A DNA stretch of 64,000 bases, taken from IMG/VR virus record IMGVR_UViG_3300026442_000101; one strand, 5' to 3'. The position numbers were made by a program, and so were the translations under genes. Under the pieces are notes generated by a model. That model made no database searches. It was given only the letters and a program-made list of their open reading frames with translations, and was not told the DNA's origin. The stretch comes from a virus (taxonomy: Duplodnaviria > Caudoviricetes). How positions within the stretch are numbered: position 1 is the stretch's first letter; every line of letters begins with the position of its first letter. Of this stretch, positions 1 through 9,820 are shown in pieces.

Positions 1-1082
1 TAATAGTCGAGGCTGGTCAAGTGGGACTCAACGTTCTCCACCAGTTTACCGGTACCGAGCTGGTCACCGAAGAGCACATAACCCATCCAGATCTTCCAAC
101 GCTCATCTCCCATCAACTCGTCGATATCCGTTACCTCAGGGAACAGATCGACAGTGTAGAAGAACGCACGAGCGTAGGACATCGTCAGAGGGTTGGTGCG
201 ATCTTTAGGGATCAACATCGCCATCGGAGATTTGATGGTGCTATACAGCACTTTCTGCTTGAGGGCAGACGGCCTGACATGAGACGAGGTAACGACCGTG
301 AACTTGTCAAGATCGTAACCCTGCTCCTGTACCTGCCTGATGATCTCCGCCTGAATTTTGTCAGGTTCACGAAGCTCATCAGGAACGAAGACCTTGGTGA
401 GCTGCACCTCGGTTCGAGCAAACCGGCGGAACGTTTCAGCCATTCCGTACCGACAGAACAGATAGTGAGGCAAAGTACTAACTGCCTTACCAAGCGATAA
501 TGTATCACTCTGCCCAGTTCGGTTATTAGCGCCGCCGCTATTGTGCAACCAAGACCACGCCACGTAATCCGAAACATCCTCCCCATTGACTCGGATCGTG
601 TGGATGATTTGTTTGAATGTTACCGGAGCGCGGGACATCCGGATGAACACGTAATCAGGCCCAATACTCAGACCTGGATCCATCAACACTGTACCAATCC
701 CGAACTGCTTACCTGCGATCATCGTCAGGGAACCCCGACGGGCATAAGGCAGGAAGAAGTACCGTGGGATGAGCTTGGTCTCATCACACAGGAATTGGTA
801 TTTGACCAGGTACACGTCGGTCGTGGCCAGATCGATAGACGGCTGACCACGATCCGAACGGGACATCGAGGATGCCATTACAGCGATCGCTTCTTGCGGA
901 CTACAGATTTCCGAATGCGAGAACGAGAAGTTATCCGGGAATCCCGGCTCCGCGCACGCAATGTACTGATCGATTTCCTCCTTAGCTCTCCGGAGGTCCT
1001 TGAATGCCAGACCGTCCAGGATATCCTGGTTGAAGACTGGCATGTCCTCCTGGCACTCATCGAACAATTGATAGTCAGGCAT
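1..1082 (-). CDS. Non-virion RNA polymerase beta-subunit part (phiKZ gp123-like), runs off the left edge
   Basis: Not in the ORF track because it has no stop in the window. Translated by hand from ATG at 1082 (MPDYQLFDECQEDMPVFNQDILDGLAF...TTDVYLVKYQF...FFLPY...LPHYLFCRYG...), open for 360 codons. Sequence style and position next to the capsid/DnaB block match gp123. Confidence 0.75.
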   Translation of the reverse strand, partial: MPDYQLFDECQEDMPVFNQDILDGLAFKDLRRAKEEIDQYIACAEPGFPDNFSFSHSEICSPQEAIAVMASSMSRSDRGQPSIDLATTDVYLVKYQFLCDETKLIPRYFFLPYARRGSLTMIAGKQFGIGTVLMDPGLSIGPDYVFIRMSRAPVTFKQIIHTIRVNGEDVSDYVAWSWLHNSGGANNRTGQSDTLSLGKAVSTLPHYLFCRYGMAETFRRFARTEVQLTKVFVPDELREPDKIQAEIIRQVQEQGYDLDKFTVVTSSHVRPSALKQKVLYSTIKSPMAMLIPKDRTNPLTMSYARAFFYTVDLFPEVTDIDELMGDERWKIWMGYVLFGDQLGTGKLVENVESHLTSLDY

Positions 1083-1101
1083 CCCCTACACCTATATCTG
1101 T

Positions 1102-2196
1102 CTAAGCTGGCTTTAGTTTTAGCAACGTCGTAGCGAAAGCGAAGATCGACGAAACGATACCCGTCGTCAGCTTTATCCAATCGCCGAAGTTGCGAGTACT
1201 CTCCTTTACATCTTCTTCGTTTGCGCGATAGCGCTGCCGCTCTTCCCTTTCACGACTTTGTTGTTGCTCGTACTGCATTTTCTCACGCCAATTCTCATGC
1301 TCCCAATCGGCGCGCTCTTTGGTACGTTCATAAGCTTTGCTGGTGAGTTCTTCTTTACGCATTTCTGCCTGACTAACCCCAGCTCTTGCCTGCTCGATTG
1401 TCTCAAACAAACAATACTTCTTATCTGCCTCTTCGAAGGACAGATGCTCATGTTCGATCGAATGACCAAATCCACCCATGTTCTTAACGACGGCTGTCCG
1501 CCTTCGTGTGACATGGATCCCGTCTAACATGTCCGGATCACGTTCGATAGGAATGTGATAAACCTCACTACCCACCATCATGAACCGATCGTGCCTGTTG
1601 CGCAGCTGCCCGTTGTCGATTGCGCGAATGGACATAACGAAAGTCTCATTCCCCAACGCTGGCAACTCTTGCGCCAAGCTAGCCTTTGCACGGCTGTTCT
1701 TACTAAATGGATGTTCCGCGAATTTCTGCTGCTCCCCAGCAAAGCAGATCGTCACATCCAGATCCTCAACATAAACAGAACCACCAGCTGCCAGAATATC
1801 CGACATATGGAATTCCATCTGCAACGTCAGGGAATAGACCAGACCTTGGAAAGGACTGGAATCTTTCGCCCGATAGAATGCGTTGATGATCGCTTGCGTT
1901 GTCTCGTCCGGAACCGTGTGTCGATCCTGAAGGTCGATGTAGGTAGCCATGAAGGCTTCCTCAGTCATCCTCCAGACGATGAACACATCCACGTACTCGA
2001 GCCTGCGATTCTTCAGATCCGGCTTCAGGATGGAGTTAACGCCAAGCCTAGACTTGATGCGAACTTCGCGAGACGTATTGTTCACCCAGCGGTACGTAAC
2101 CTCTGAATGTTCAAGACCTGCCTCGACTCCTTCCTGGTGAGTACAGCGAACTTGGTAGTTCCTAAACACTGGTGTTCGAAGACCACCACTATTCAT
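1102..2196 (-). CDS. Conserved phiKZ-like hypothetical protein (gp122 position), coiled-coil C-terminus
   Basis: 364-aa ORF between the capsid gene and nvRNAP beta; E/R/Q-rich helical tail; an alternative start at 1950 has an RBS. Confidence 0.6.
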   Translation of the reverse strand: MNSGGLRTPVFRNYQVRCTHQEGVEAGLEHSEVTYRWVNNTSREVRIKSRLGVNSILKPDLKNRRLEYVDVFIVWRMTEEAFMATYIDLQDRHTVPDETTQAIINAFYRAKDSSPFQGLVYSLTLQMEFHMSDILAAGGSVYVEDLDVTICFAGEQQKFAEHPFSKNSRAKASLAQELPALGNETFVMSIRAIDNGQLRNRHDRFMMVGSEVYHIPIERDPDMLDGIHVTRRRTAVVKNMGGFGHSIEHEHLSFEEADKKYCLFETIEQARAGVSQAEMRKEELTSKAYERTKERADWEHENWREKMQYEQQQSREREERQRYRANEEDVKESTRNFGDWIKLTTGIVSSIFAFATTLLKLKPA

Positions 2197-2265
2197 AACG
2201 ATAAATCCCCTGAGTTAAAAATTACAACGCTCCATTCTTGCTTTACCCTGCCTCATCATCTTGAT

Positions 2266-2277
2266 AATGTATCACTG
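2266..2277 (-). promoter_or_regulatory. Recurrent phage promoter-like motif CAGTGATACATT
   Basis: Copy of a motif found upstream of several minus-strand operons, often just after a terminator. Confidence 0.6.
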
Positions 2278-2311
2278 TAATCGCTTTATCCATAAAACAG
2301 CATAATGCAGC

Positions 2312-2343
2312 ATAAAGAGCGGTGGTTTCCCACCGCTCTTTAT
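2312..2343 (-). terminator. Hairpin terminator after the major capsid gene (14-bp stem, GAAA loop, TTTATG tail)
   Basis: ATAAAGAGCGGTGG-GAAA-CCACCGCTCTTTAT. Confidence 0.8.
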
Positions 2344-2365
2344 TAAACGCCTATGCCCTTACGGG

Positions 2366-4618
2366 TTAAGGAGTTACGGTGCCGCCGCCGGAGTCGTCGC
2401 CGCCACCGGTCCCACCAGTACCACCGGTACCGCCAGTGCCTGCGTCGGTGCCACCGTCGCCAGCTTCAGCTTCGGTGAGTTTGACACGAAAAGGCAGGGT
2501 CTGCTCCAGGAGCTCAGCAACGCCTTCCACGTTCACCTTGACGATGATCGGGCAGAAGTTGTAGTGCTGGAAGCGCGGCTGCACTACAGCCTCGTTCACT
2601 GGACGGCCATCACGGGTAACCGAGATGGTGGAGACCAGGGTCGGAGTCAGCAGCATTGCGCCGGAGCTCAGAGCGTCGATGCCTTCGCCATCGCGAACGA
2701 TGACCATGTACATGACGTCGCGCAGACGGGCGTCCACGTCCGATTCCAGCTGGTACTTCAGACCAGCACCCAGGGTGCGGCTGTCGCCCGAGATGGTCAT
2801 GAAGCGCTCGATCTGCTTCGAGGTCACCAGACCGAAGCGGAACGGTTGAGCAACTTCACCGCCGTCCATGTAGCGGCAGGCGTTCTCGTAGTTGGTCTTC
2901 TGCAGGATGTCGAAGGCCACCGAACGCAGGGTGTTGACCAGGACCGCAACGCCGTTCTCGACGTTGGCGACGGTTTCCTGCGACTGGGCAGTTTCCATCA
3001 GGTCGACGGTCAGTTCCTGAACGTACGGGTTGACGAGGTAACGGCCGATACCTTCGATAGGCAGGGCGTTGATCTCGAAGTCGCCAGCGGTCATCTCGCC
3101 GCGCAGGCCACCGGTCAGACGCATCAGACGCTCGTGGTAACCGATCAGGGTACCCACAGCTTCGTTGTTGATGTAGCTGGAGACCGCGAAGGTCAGCCAG
3201 TCCATCACGGTCTGGTCACGGTTTTCGCTCAGTGGGTACGGAACGAAGAACGGCGAACGCTGACGGGTCAGCAGACGCTCGGTCACGTTACGGACGTTGA
3301 GCATCAGGCCCAGGTGACGGTGGTTGGTGTTGGTCAGACGAGCGTCCGGCCACCAGCCGACTACCTTCAGTTGTGCCAGGCCATCAACGATGGTCTTGCC
3401 GACGCCGGTGCCCAGCGGGATGCGCTCGCCAGCTTCGTTCTCGATGTACATCACTTCCATGGAAGTGGTGGACACGTCGATGGTGCCGCGCTCAACATCG
3501 CTGTTGCCGTTCAGACGGGTCTTCAGACGGACGCTGTAGCCACCATCTTTGATGGTGGTGAACACCGCACCAGTCAGAGCTTCGCCCTTGTAGTTGGTGG
3601 TGTTCTTGTCGATCTTCAGGGTGGTCAGAACGAAGTTCAGCGACAGTTGACGGCCGCCTTGTTCTGGCAGCTTCACGAAGCGGCTGAATGGCAGACCCTT
3701 GGTGTCGAACACGATGGTGTCGGCGCCCAGGCCCAGGTACACGTCGGCAACGCCGATGTTACGGTCCAGTGCTTCGGTGTAGTCGGCTTGACCAACGCGG
3801 CTGATCGAGTCGGACTGACCCAGGCCGAAGATGTTGACGGTCTTGTTGACCAGCAGAGCCGAGGTCTTGACGGTACGACGACCGGAGATGTAGTCGAACG
3901 GCTCGACAACGGATTCGGCGACGAAGTTGTCTTTCGACACGTCGGCGTAGCCCGGGATCAGCTGGGTGCTGTTGTCGTGCAGTACGGTGTAGTCGATCGC
4001 CGAGTCCATGACGCGGCGCAGGCCGAAGTCGGATTCGGAACCATCCAGCTCGTGGCGCAGGGTGTTCTGCACGTAGAGGTTCGGGATGGTGATGTCGATA
4101 CCGCCTTGCTCAGGAGTCAGTGGAACGGTGCGGTACACCATTTCCATGGCCGGGCCCTGGCGCGCGATCTTGTAGTTCAGACCGATGGAGATCGGCAGGT
4201 GATCGATCAGCGACTGGTTGTCGAAGGATTCCTTCGAGTATTCGCTGTCGAATTCCATGCCGTCGGCGTGAGCGTAACGCACACCAGCGCCCAGCTGCTT
4301 GCTTTCGGTCGAGATCTGCAGGTTCAGCAGGTCGGAAGGACGCTGGGCGAACGAGGCGATGAACGAGGCTGCTGCCATACCGGCCGGGTTCTTGTAACCG
4401 GCTTCGGTGTTGCCTGGCTCGAGGACGCTTTTCAGGTTCTCGGCAACGCTCGACAGATCGACGCGGCTTTCGAAGGAACCTTCTTGCAGCCACTTGATGG
4501 CGTCAGCGCTCTCGGTGGAATAACCACCGGAGTGAATGTTTTCCTGGATCTGGGTAGCCAGCACGCCAGAGCCGGCGCCGAAGTTGCCGCCGGGCTTGTT
4601 GAGTTTGATGACACTCAT
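2366..4618 (-). CDS. Major capsid protein (phiKZ gp120-like)
   Basis: 750 aa with very strong codon bias; propeptide with S-x-E protease sites (YSTES, GSFES, YSKESFDNQ); adjacent to DnaB as in phiKZ; Gly/Thr-rich C-terminal tail. Confidence 0.9.
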   Translation of the reverse strand: MSVIKLNKPGGNFGAGSGVLATQIQENIHSGGYSTESADAIKWLQEGSFESRVDLSSVAENLKSVLEPGNTEAGYKNPAGMAAASFIASFAQRPSDLLNLQISTESKQLGAGVRYAHADGMEFDSEYSKESFDNQSLIDHLPISIGLNYKIARQGPAMEMVYRTVPLTPEQGGIDITIPNLYVQNTLRHELDGSESDFGLRRVMDSAIDYTVLHDNSTQLIPGYADVSKDNFVAESVVEPFDYISGRRTVKTSALLVNKTVNIFGLGQSDSISRVGQADYTEALDRNIGVADVYLGLGADTIVFDTKGLPFSRFVKLPEQGGRQLSLNFVLTTLKIDKNTTNYKGEALTGAVFTTIKDGGYSVRLKTRLNGNSDVERGTIDVSTTSMEVMYIENEAGERIPLGTGVGKTIVDGLAQLKVVGWWPDARLTNTNHRHLGLMLNVRNVTERLLTRQRSPFFVPYPLSENRDQTVMDWLTFAVSSYINNEAVGTLIGYHERLMRLTGGLRGEMTAGDFEINALPIEGIGRYLVNPYVQELTVDLMETAQSQETVANVENGVAVLVNTLRSVAFDILQKTNYENACRYMDGGEVAQPFRFGLVTSKQIERFMTISGDSRTLGAGLKYQLESDVDARLRDVMYMVIVRDGEGIDALSSGAMLLTPTLVSTISVTRDGRPVNEAVVQPRFQHYNFCPIIVKVNVEGVAELLEQTLPFRVKLTEAEAGDGGTDAGTGGTGGTGGTGGGDDSGGGTVTP

Positions 4619-4812
4619 CGTGATACTCCAAATAGCTATTTGGTATAATTGAGAGATCGAAGCTTCGTTTTCGGGACTGACGCCTGTCTCCTAGTAGTCG
4701 ACTACCAAAAGCAATCCCTCGTCCTGCTGGCGTATTCTTGAATTCTGTCGATCGCCATACGGCGTAATCTACATATCACCGTGATAACACACGGATTTTC
4801 CATAACATGTAT

Positions 4813-5361
4813 TTACGGTTTGGCGCTGTCGTTCTCGAGCTCTTTACTGGTGGTCATCACCTGGCTCTTGCTAGCCCCGGAGTTTTTATTTACCGAGGAT
4901 AGGAATTTATTGAACGACTTCGACGCGTAAGCCACTTCACGACCGCGATAGGTTGCCATCGCAGTGAGCAGCTCACGAATGAGATCTTTCTTGTCCGAGC
5001 CATCCTTTTCAATGAGCAGGATGCCATCATAACTATCTGGAACGATCACAAAGTGACCGAGCTCGAACTGCGGTACGGTAGCATCCTTCTGGTCGGAGCC
5101 GTAGAGCGCAAACACTGCATCGTCGGCGCTGAACTGGCCGACCTTGTCCGCTGCTGGGAATACGAAATCATCGATACCCAGAGCTTTGAAGCGAGAACGC
5201 AGCAGATGGTTGGCGACATAGTAGAGTCCGATGTCATGCGGCGATACTATGCTCTCGAAATCTTTTACGTTAGTCCCGTAATGTTCGATAGAGCCGCTCA
5301 GCCATTTTGGAATGAACCGAAGCTCGATTGGTTTGTTCATCACACACCCATTAACTTTCAA
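4813..5361 (-). CDS. Hypothetical protein (phiKZ gp119 position)
   Basis: 182-aa ORF between DnaB and the capsid gene. Confidence 0.6.
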   Translation of the reverse strand: MKVNGCVMNKPIELRFIPKWLSGSIEHYGTNVKDFESIVSPHDIGLYYVANHLLRSRFKALGIDDFVFPAADKVGQFSADDAVFALYGSDQKDATVPQFELGHFVIVPDSYDGILLIEKDGSDKKDLIRELLTAMATYRGREVAYASKSFNKFLSSVNKNSGASKSQVMTTSKELENDSAKP

Positions 5362-5379
5362 TGCCTGCGGTGAGGCGGT

Positions 5380-6921
5380 ATGGAAATCAAGCTACTGTTA
5401 GCCAAGGCCATCAGCGCCATCTATTACGCAAGTCACTCCGGAGGTCAAGATCCGGAAGCTACCTCGAACCTGATCGAACGCACTCTGGAACACCTAAGCC
5501 TTCCAGACGATCCGCTGAACTCGAACCGCGAGCACTCAGCGCTGATGCGTACACGCCAGATCTTGGTCTGGATGAAAGGTAAAGGTATCGACCACGCCTA
5601 CGATCAAAACGACCTCATGGCGAGGCTTTGTGCGTCCTGTGGGGACAATGATCGTCTATATGATCTCTTCTGCAAGAGTATCCTGGTAGTTGACGATCCG
5701 GATGCGGCAAAAGACAAGTACGATTCGATCGCACATGAACTGTACGATTTCATTGCAGTAGAAGACTTCGTCAAGCTGGCCAGGGCTGCATCCCACAAGA
5801 TCGCATTCAACCGCGACAAGATCACTGACGTAGCTCGTTTCCGCGACGAGCTGGTGCTCAAGTTGCAGGACCTGCCGCTGGCCGGTAAACGTCGCGCTGC
5901 ATCCGCTGGTCGCTGCATTGACATTGGTGATATCGAAAGCTTGACCCAAGTCTACCAGCTCGCTCAAAGCGCGATCGATCCAGATGCCATCCTCAAGCTG
6001 CCGTTCAAAGCAGCTAACCGCATGACGGGTGAGCAGGACGGCGTGCGTCGTGGTGAATGGGGTAACGTGTCGGCTCTGTCGGGTATGAACAAGTCAGGTA
6101 CACTGCTTGATGAGTTCATCTCGTTCTGTATCTTCAACACACCGAAGCTGATTGACGAAACCAAGAAGCCTTGCCATGTGTTGGCGATTCTGGAAGACAA
6201 GCCCGAACTCGTACTCCAGAAGCTCTACGTTCTGCTCATGCAGCACGAAACAGGTCTGCCTGTGATCATCCGAGGGGTAGACCCGAAAGAGATCGCACAG
6301 TACGTCATGGAGCGTCTGCAGCGCAATGGCTGGCATGTCAAGATCTTTGACTATACAGAAGGCGCTGAGGTAGACGACTGTATCGAAGACCTGCGTCAGC
6401 TGCAACGTGATGGCTACGAGATCTTCACATTCGGTTGCGACTACCCGAACCTGTTCGATAAGAGCAGCATCGTGGTGCAGGTAGCCGGTGAAGAGATCCA
6501 GCTCTGCCACCGTAAGCTGCGTAAGTTCACTGCGCCGAACAACATCTACGGTTACGCAGTGCACCAGTTGTCCACGCAAGCTAAGGAGATGTCCCGTCAG
6601 TATCCTGAAGACTACATCAAGAAGCTGCCTGGTAAGGGTTACTACGAAGGCTGTAAGAAGCTCGACACTGAGTTCGACTTCGAGCGGTTTGTAGCCAAGA
6701 CCATGCATGGTGGTCAAGCGTGGCAAGAAGTGCAGTGGGGCAAGCACCGTAAGATCGGTACGACTCCTGAGCAGGATAAGTACTACGCACTGAAGTTCCT
6801 CCCGTATCCAATGATGGGCTTCAAGTACGACTTCGATCTCGAAGAAGATCTGTCCTTCCGTAAAGTCGGCGGGCGTCTTGCAGCAGGAGCTGCCGGTCAC
6901 GAGTGGACCGATTTCGACTGA
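5380..6921 (+). CDS. DnaB-like replicative helicase (phiKZ gp118-like)
   Basis: 513 aa; Walker A-like ALSGMNKS, DYPNL Walker B region, VHQLS motif; synteny with the capsid gene. Confidence 0.85.
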   Translation: MEIKLLLAKAISAIYYASHSGGQDPEATSNLIERTLEHLSLPDDPLNSNREHSALMRTRQILVWMKGKGIDHAYDQNDLMARLCASCGDNDRLYDLFCKSILVVDDPDAAKDKYDSIAHELYDFIAVEDFVKLARAASHKIAFNRDKITDVARFRDELVLKLQDLPLAGKRRAASAGRCIDIGDIESLTQVYQLAQSAIDPDAILKLPFKAANRMTGEQDGVRRGEWGNVSALSGMNKSGTLLDEFISFCIFNTPKLIDETKKPCHVLAILEDKPELVLQKLYVLLMQHETGLPVIIRGVDPKEIAQYVMERLQRNGWHVKIFDYTEGAEVDDCIEDLRQLQRDGYEIFTFGCDYPNLFDKSSIVVQVAGEEIQLCHRKLRKFTAPNNIYGYAVHQLSTQAKEMSRQYPEDYIKKLPGKGYYEGCKKLDTEFDFERFVAKTMHGGQAWQEVQWGKHRKIGTTPEQDKYYALKFLPYPMMGFKYDFDLEEDLSFRKVGGRLAAGAAGHEWTDFD

Positions 6922-6928
6922 TCGAAAC

Positions 6929-6980
6929 AAAAAAAAAGAAAGCGAGGGAGCCGGGGCACGAAGCCCCGGTCCTTATGCTG
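6929..6980. terminator. Bidirectional terminator between convergent genes
   Basis: CCGGGGC-ACGAA-GCCCCGG; A-tract on the left, CCTTATGCTG on the right. Confidence 0.75.
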
Positions 6981-7286
6981 CTATTGCTTAGAAGCAGATT
7001 TCATCAGATTCAAGAACCCAGCCAACTTCACCGCGCGTTCCCGCCCGGCTTGGTCTAACAGCTTGAGGATGTATTCTTGAGTATCGATTGTCATCTTCTT
7101 CAACGCCAGTGCATTGTAGAGGAACAGACCGATTGGCTCGGTGAGGTAGGACTCGTCGTTCTCCTCAGCTGCCCACTGCGCCAGCCTGGCGCGCTTCTCG
7201 TACTCAAGCTTCCACTCGGCGCTGATCTCAAGCAACTTATTGGCGATCTCGAAAGCGCCATCGTCATCCCTGATCTCAAGTTTCAT
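6981..7286 (-). CDS. Hypothetical protein
   Basis: 101-aa ORF, ATGA-coupled to the upstream gene. Confidence 0.6.
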   Translation of the reverse strand: MKLEIRDDDGAFEIANKLLEISAEWKLEYEKRARLAQWAAEENDESYLTEPIGLFLYNALALKKMTIDTQEYILKLLDQAGRERAVKLAGFLNLMKSASKQ

Positions 7287-7429
7287 GCTGCTGCTCCTGC
7301 GGCTTCGGCACGTCCCTCGGCTCGCGCCTTGGCGATTACTTCTGCTCGCTCTTGAGCATTCTTGTGCTTGAGATGATTGATGTACATCCCAAGGCAGATG
7401 CCGATTGCGAGAATAGTTACTTCTTTCAT
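7283..7429 (-). CDS. Small membrane-anchored hypothetical protein
   Basis: MKEVTILAIGICLGMYIN...; GAGG RBS; hydrophobic N-terminus. Confidence 0.55.
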   Translation of the reverse strand: MKEVTILAIGICLGMYINHLKHKNAQERAEVIAKARAEGRAEAAGAAA

Positions 7430-7446
7430 TTTGACCTCCTCGGTCG

Positions 7447-7677
7447 TTAAAGAAATCGATTGAGTTCGGTCACCCATGCCTTAACTAGGTGATAGGGCGA
7501 ACTTGTGTTGTGAATTGCGATGTGGCGGATCTTGGATTTGATACTGGGGTTAGCCAGCACTTGTCGACCGATGTCGGTTTTCTTGGCTGCATCCAGATCA
7601 GCTTTAAGTTGAATCATCAACTGCCTGATCTTTTCAGCATCCTGTACGGTGCGTTCTGCGGTGCTCATGGTGCGCAT
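7447..7677 (-). CDS. Hypothetical protein
   Basis: 76-aa ORF in a tightly packed operon. Confidence 0.5.
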   Translation of the reverse strand: MRTMSTAERTVQDAEKIRQLMIQLKADLDAAKKTDIGRQVLANPSIKSKIRHIAIHNTSSPYHLVKAWVTELNRFL

Positions 7678-7862
7678 TCATCCAGAAGGCCGGCTTTGTT
7701 AGTGTCGAGCAGAACACCAGCTTCAGCGCGAAGGTTATTGTTGATACAGTCGCCCGGCCGATCGAGGATATCGAAGAGCAAGGCGACGTTAGCACAAATC
7801 ACCAACACAGCTGCAAGAGCCGTGATGGTGAGGTCTTTTGGTTTATCATCCGTGAAGGTCAT
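7665..7862 (-). CDS. Small membrane hypothetical protein
   Basis: MTFTDDKPKDLTITALAAVLVICANVALLF...; ATGA overlap with the upstream ORF. Confidence 0.5.
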   Translation of the reverse strand: MTFTDDKPKDLTITALAAVLVICANVALLFDILDRPGDCINNNLRAEAGVLLDTNKAGLLDECAP

Positions 7863-8029
7863 GCTGCACCCATGATCAATGCCACGATGGAGAGGACTAC
7901 GAAACATGGGATACCGATGATCAGGACCCACTTGAGGAAATTGTCAAGCTTTCTGAGCAGCCGCAGTTTCCTACGAGCTGCCATGCTCTCTTCAAGCTGA
8001 CGTTCCAGATCGTTGATAGCTTCGTCCAT
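7859..8029 (-). CDS. Small membrane protein (56 aa; not in ORF track)
   Basis: MDEAINDLERQLEESMAARRKLRLLRKLDNFLKWVLIIGIPCFVVLSIVALIMGAA; TAATG and ATGA overlaps on its two ends. Confidence 0.6.
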   Translation of the reverse strand: MDEAINDLERQLEESMAARRKLRLLRKLDNFLKWVLIIGIPCFVVLSIVALIMGAA

Positions 8030-8547
8030 TACAGTCCAACCTCCTTAGCGTGACGCTGGAACTCCCGGGTGAAGGAGTCCAGGATCTTCTTGGGTTTGTA
8101 ACTACCTTCCAGATCAACCTTGATCATCAGATCCTTGTTGAACTTGTAGAGCGACTTCCAGGCTGCGATACACTTGTTGTTGAACTCAGCTGCAAACTTG
8201 AGCGTAGTGAACTTGCGGTAGCACTTCTCGATTGGATCACGTACCAAGAAGAGACCGTTGATCTCACGGATCTCGTACGCCCGGCGAATACGCGGAAGGA
8301 GACGACGGGTGAAGAGCATTTCCATCGAATTCTCACGCGCTTCAACCGCCATCTCGAATGCTTCGATCGCACCATGCTTCTTAATGCTGAAGGACTTGGA
8401 AGTCCAGCCAGCAGTGTCAGAGAGAACGCTGGCAGTCCAGCGCTCTGCATCTTCCTGATAGCTCACGCCGCATGGGGCACTGAGCACCTTAGTTACGCCA
8501 GCTTCCGATACAACTACTTTACGAGCTTCGAGTTTGATTACAGCCAT
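8029..8547 (-). CDS. AP2-like DNA-binding domain protein
   Basis: GVSY...WTASV...KSFSIKKHGAIEAFEMAVEAR fits the AP2 pattern (W-x-A...F-S-x-x-K-x-G...A...A...R). Confidence 0.65.
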   Translation of the reverse strand: MAVIKLEARKVVVSEAGVTKVLSAPCGVSYQEDAERWTASVLSDTAGWTSKSFSIKKHGAIEAFEMAVEARENSMEMLFTRRLLPRIRRAYEIREINGLFLVRDPIEKCYRKFTTLKFAAEFNNKCIAAWKSLYKFNKDLMIKVDLEGSYKPKKILDSFTREFQRHAKEVGL

Positions 8548-8579
8548 TACGTTGACCTCCGCGGTCGATGGGTACAACT

Positions 8580-8930
8580 TCAATGAACGGTCTTGTGACC
8601 TGAGTACCAACCACGCTTCTGTTGCGCGATGGATGGGTTGAAACGTTTGCTGCGCGGCAAGCTACCGTTATAGTTCTCGAGGATCTGCTCGATAACTGCC
8701 GGGTTCTCACAAGTGCGGCGGAGCTCCTTCTCGAAGTCCTCGCGCTCTTTCTTGTCAGAGTAGATCTTCAGGCTACCGAAGATCCGGATGTAAATCGGAC
8801 TGCCATGATCGAAGTAGATCGGGACAGTGCCGATGCGGTGCGTCTCTGGAGGCGGATCAGAATCCCCGCAGAGAATGAGCGGATTGCCCATGATGTTGAT
8901 GGACAGTTGGGACATGGTTTGATTCCTCAT
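8580..8930 (-). CDS. Hypothetical protein
   Basis: 116-aa ORF coupled to its neighbour. Confidence 0.55.
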   Translation of the reverse strand: MRNQTMSQLSINIMGNPLILCGDSDPPPETHRIGTVPIYFDHGSPIYIRIFGSLKIYSDKKEREDFEKELRRTCENPAVIEQILENYNGSLPRSKRFNPSIAQQKRGWYSGHKTVH

Positions 8931-9418
8931 AGGGGGAATTTCTCCGGGTCAAGTTCGTTCATCCGCTGCGCGAAGTTGGAGTAGAGCGCGGTACCGCGGT
9001 CAGGTTCTCTGACGCAGATATCGAGACACTCAACGAGCGACGTTACGGGGTGACCCTCCTCAGCTGCTTTACGCAGCAAGTTAGTGACATGTGCTTCATG
9101 CTCGGTAAAGACCCGAGTCTTCTTGTAACGCTCGCTTAGGTAGACTTCACCAAGCGAGTCGAATGCGATGTAACCCCGCAGACCGGGCGCTACGATGAGC
9201 GACCGATCAGGGAGTCTTGCAGCCCACTTACGACCGATGTCGTTGCGGTTCTCCACCAGCCAACCGCCAGCATGGTTAGCTGCGCTTTCGACGGATTCAT
9301 GCTCACCAAGATTACTGAAGTGCTCGGTAAACATGAAGTGAATCATGAACAACTCTTCGGGGCTGATTGGATCAGCATCCTTTTGAATTAGTTCGATGAC
9401 GGAGATATCGTTCTTCAT
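8927..9418 (-). CDS. Hypothetical protein
   Basis: 163-aa ORF with GGAGG RBS. Confidence 0.65.
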   Translation of the reverse strand: MKNDISVIELIQKDADPISPEELFMIHFMFTEHFSNLGEHESVESAANHAGGWLVENRNDIGRKWAARLPDRSLIVAPGLRGYIAFDSLGEVYLSERYKKTRVFTEHEAHVTNLLRKAAEEGHPVTSLVECLDICVREPDRGTALYSNFAQRMNELDPEKFPL

Positions 9419-9427
9419 GGTACCTCC

Positions 9428-9712
9428 TTAAGCAGCCATTGCTTGCGGCAGGTGGAAGACTTCGCCTTCTTCAAGGGCGATGAAGTGGCAGCGCGTGATA
9501 TACTTGCGCAGGTCTTCAGCTTGACTCTCCAGCTTCTCCAGCTTAGCCAGGTCAGTTTGCAGACCAGCCCAGTCGCCGATGTAGGCGCCGACGTTGTTCA
9601 GCTTCTCTTCGAGCTGGGTAGCTTTCTGACGAAGCACTACGCGCTCGCAGGCGGCGAAAGCGATAACTTCTTTGATGGTTTCAACGTTAGCAGCGGTGAT
9701 TACTTGTTGCAT
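9428..9712 (-). CDS. Hypothetical coiled-coil protein
   Basis: MQQVITAANVETIKEV...; GAGGAGG RBS; strong codon bias. Confidence 0.65.
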   Translation of the reverse strand: MQQVITAANVETIKEVIAFAACERVVLRQKATQLEEKLNNVGAYIGDWAGLQTDLAKLEKLESQAEDLRKYITRCHFIALEEGEVFHLPQAMAA

Positions 9713-9754
9713 GATGTTAGCCTCCTCGGCTATTGATGTTAGGTTCGTGTTGAC

Positions 9755-9766
9755 TATGTATGACTG
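9755..9766 (-). promoter_or_regulatory. Promoter-like motif CAGTCATACATA
   Basis: Motif copy about 45 nt upstream of the ATG at 9712. Confidence 0.6.
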
Positions 9767-9820
9767 TAAAAATCTTGACTGCAAATAGGATGTAGAGAAA
9801 CCCTCTTATAAAGGTGCGAT

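Noticed and set aside
2564-4648. 694-aa plus-strand ORF antisense to the capsid gene
   Set aside because: Shadow ORF caused by strong codon bias; no RBS, and the protein is non-physiological in composition.
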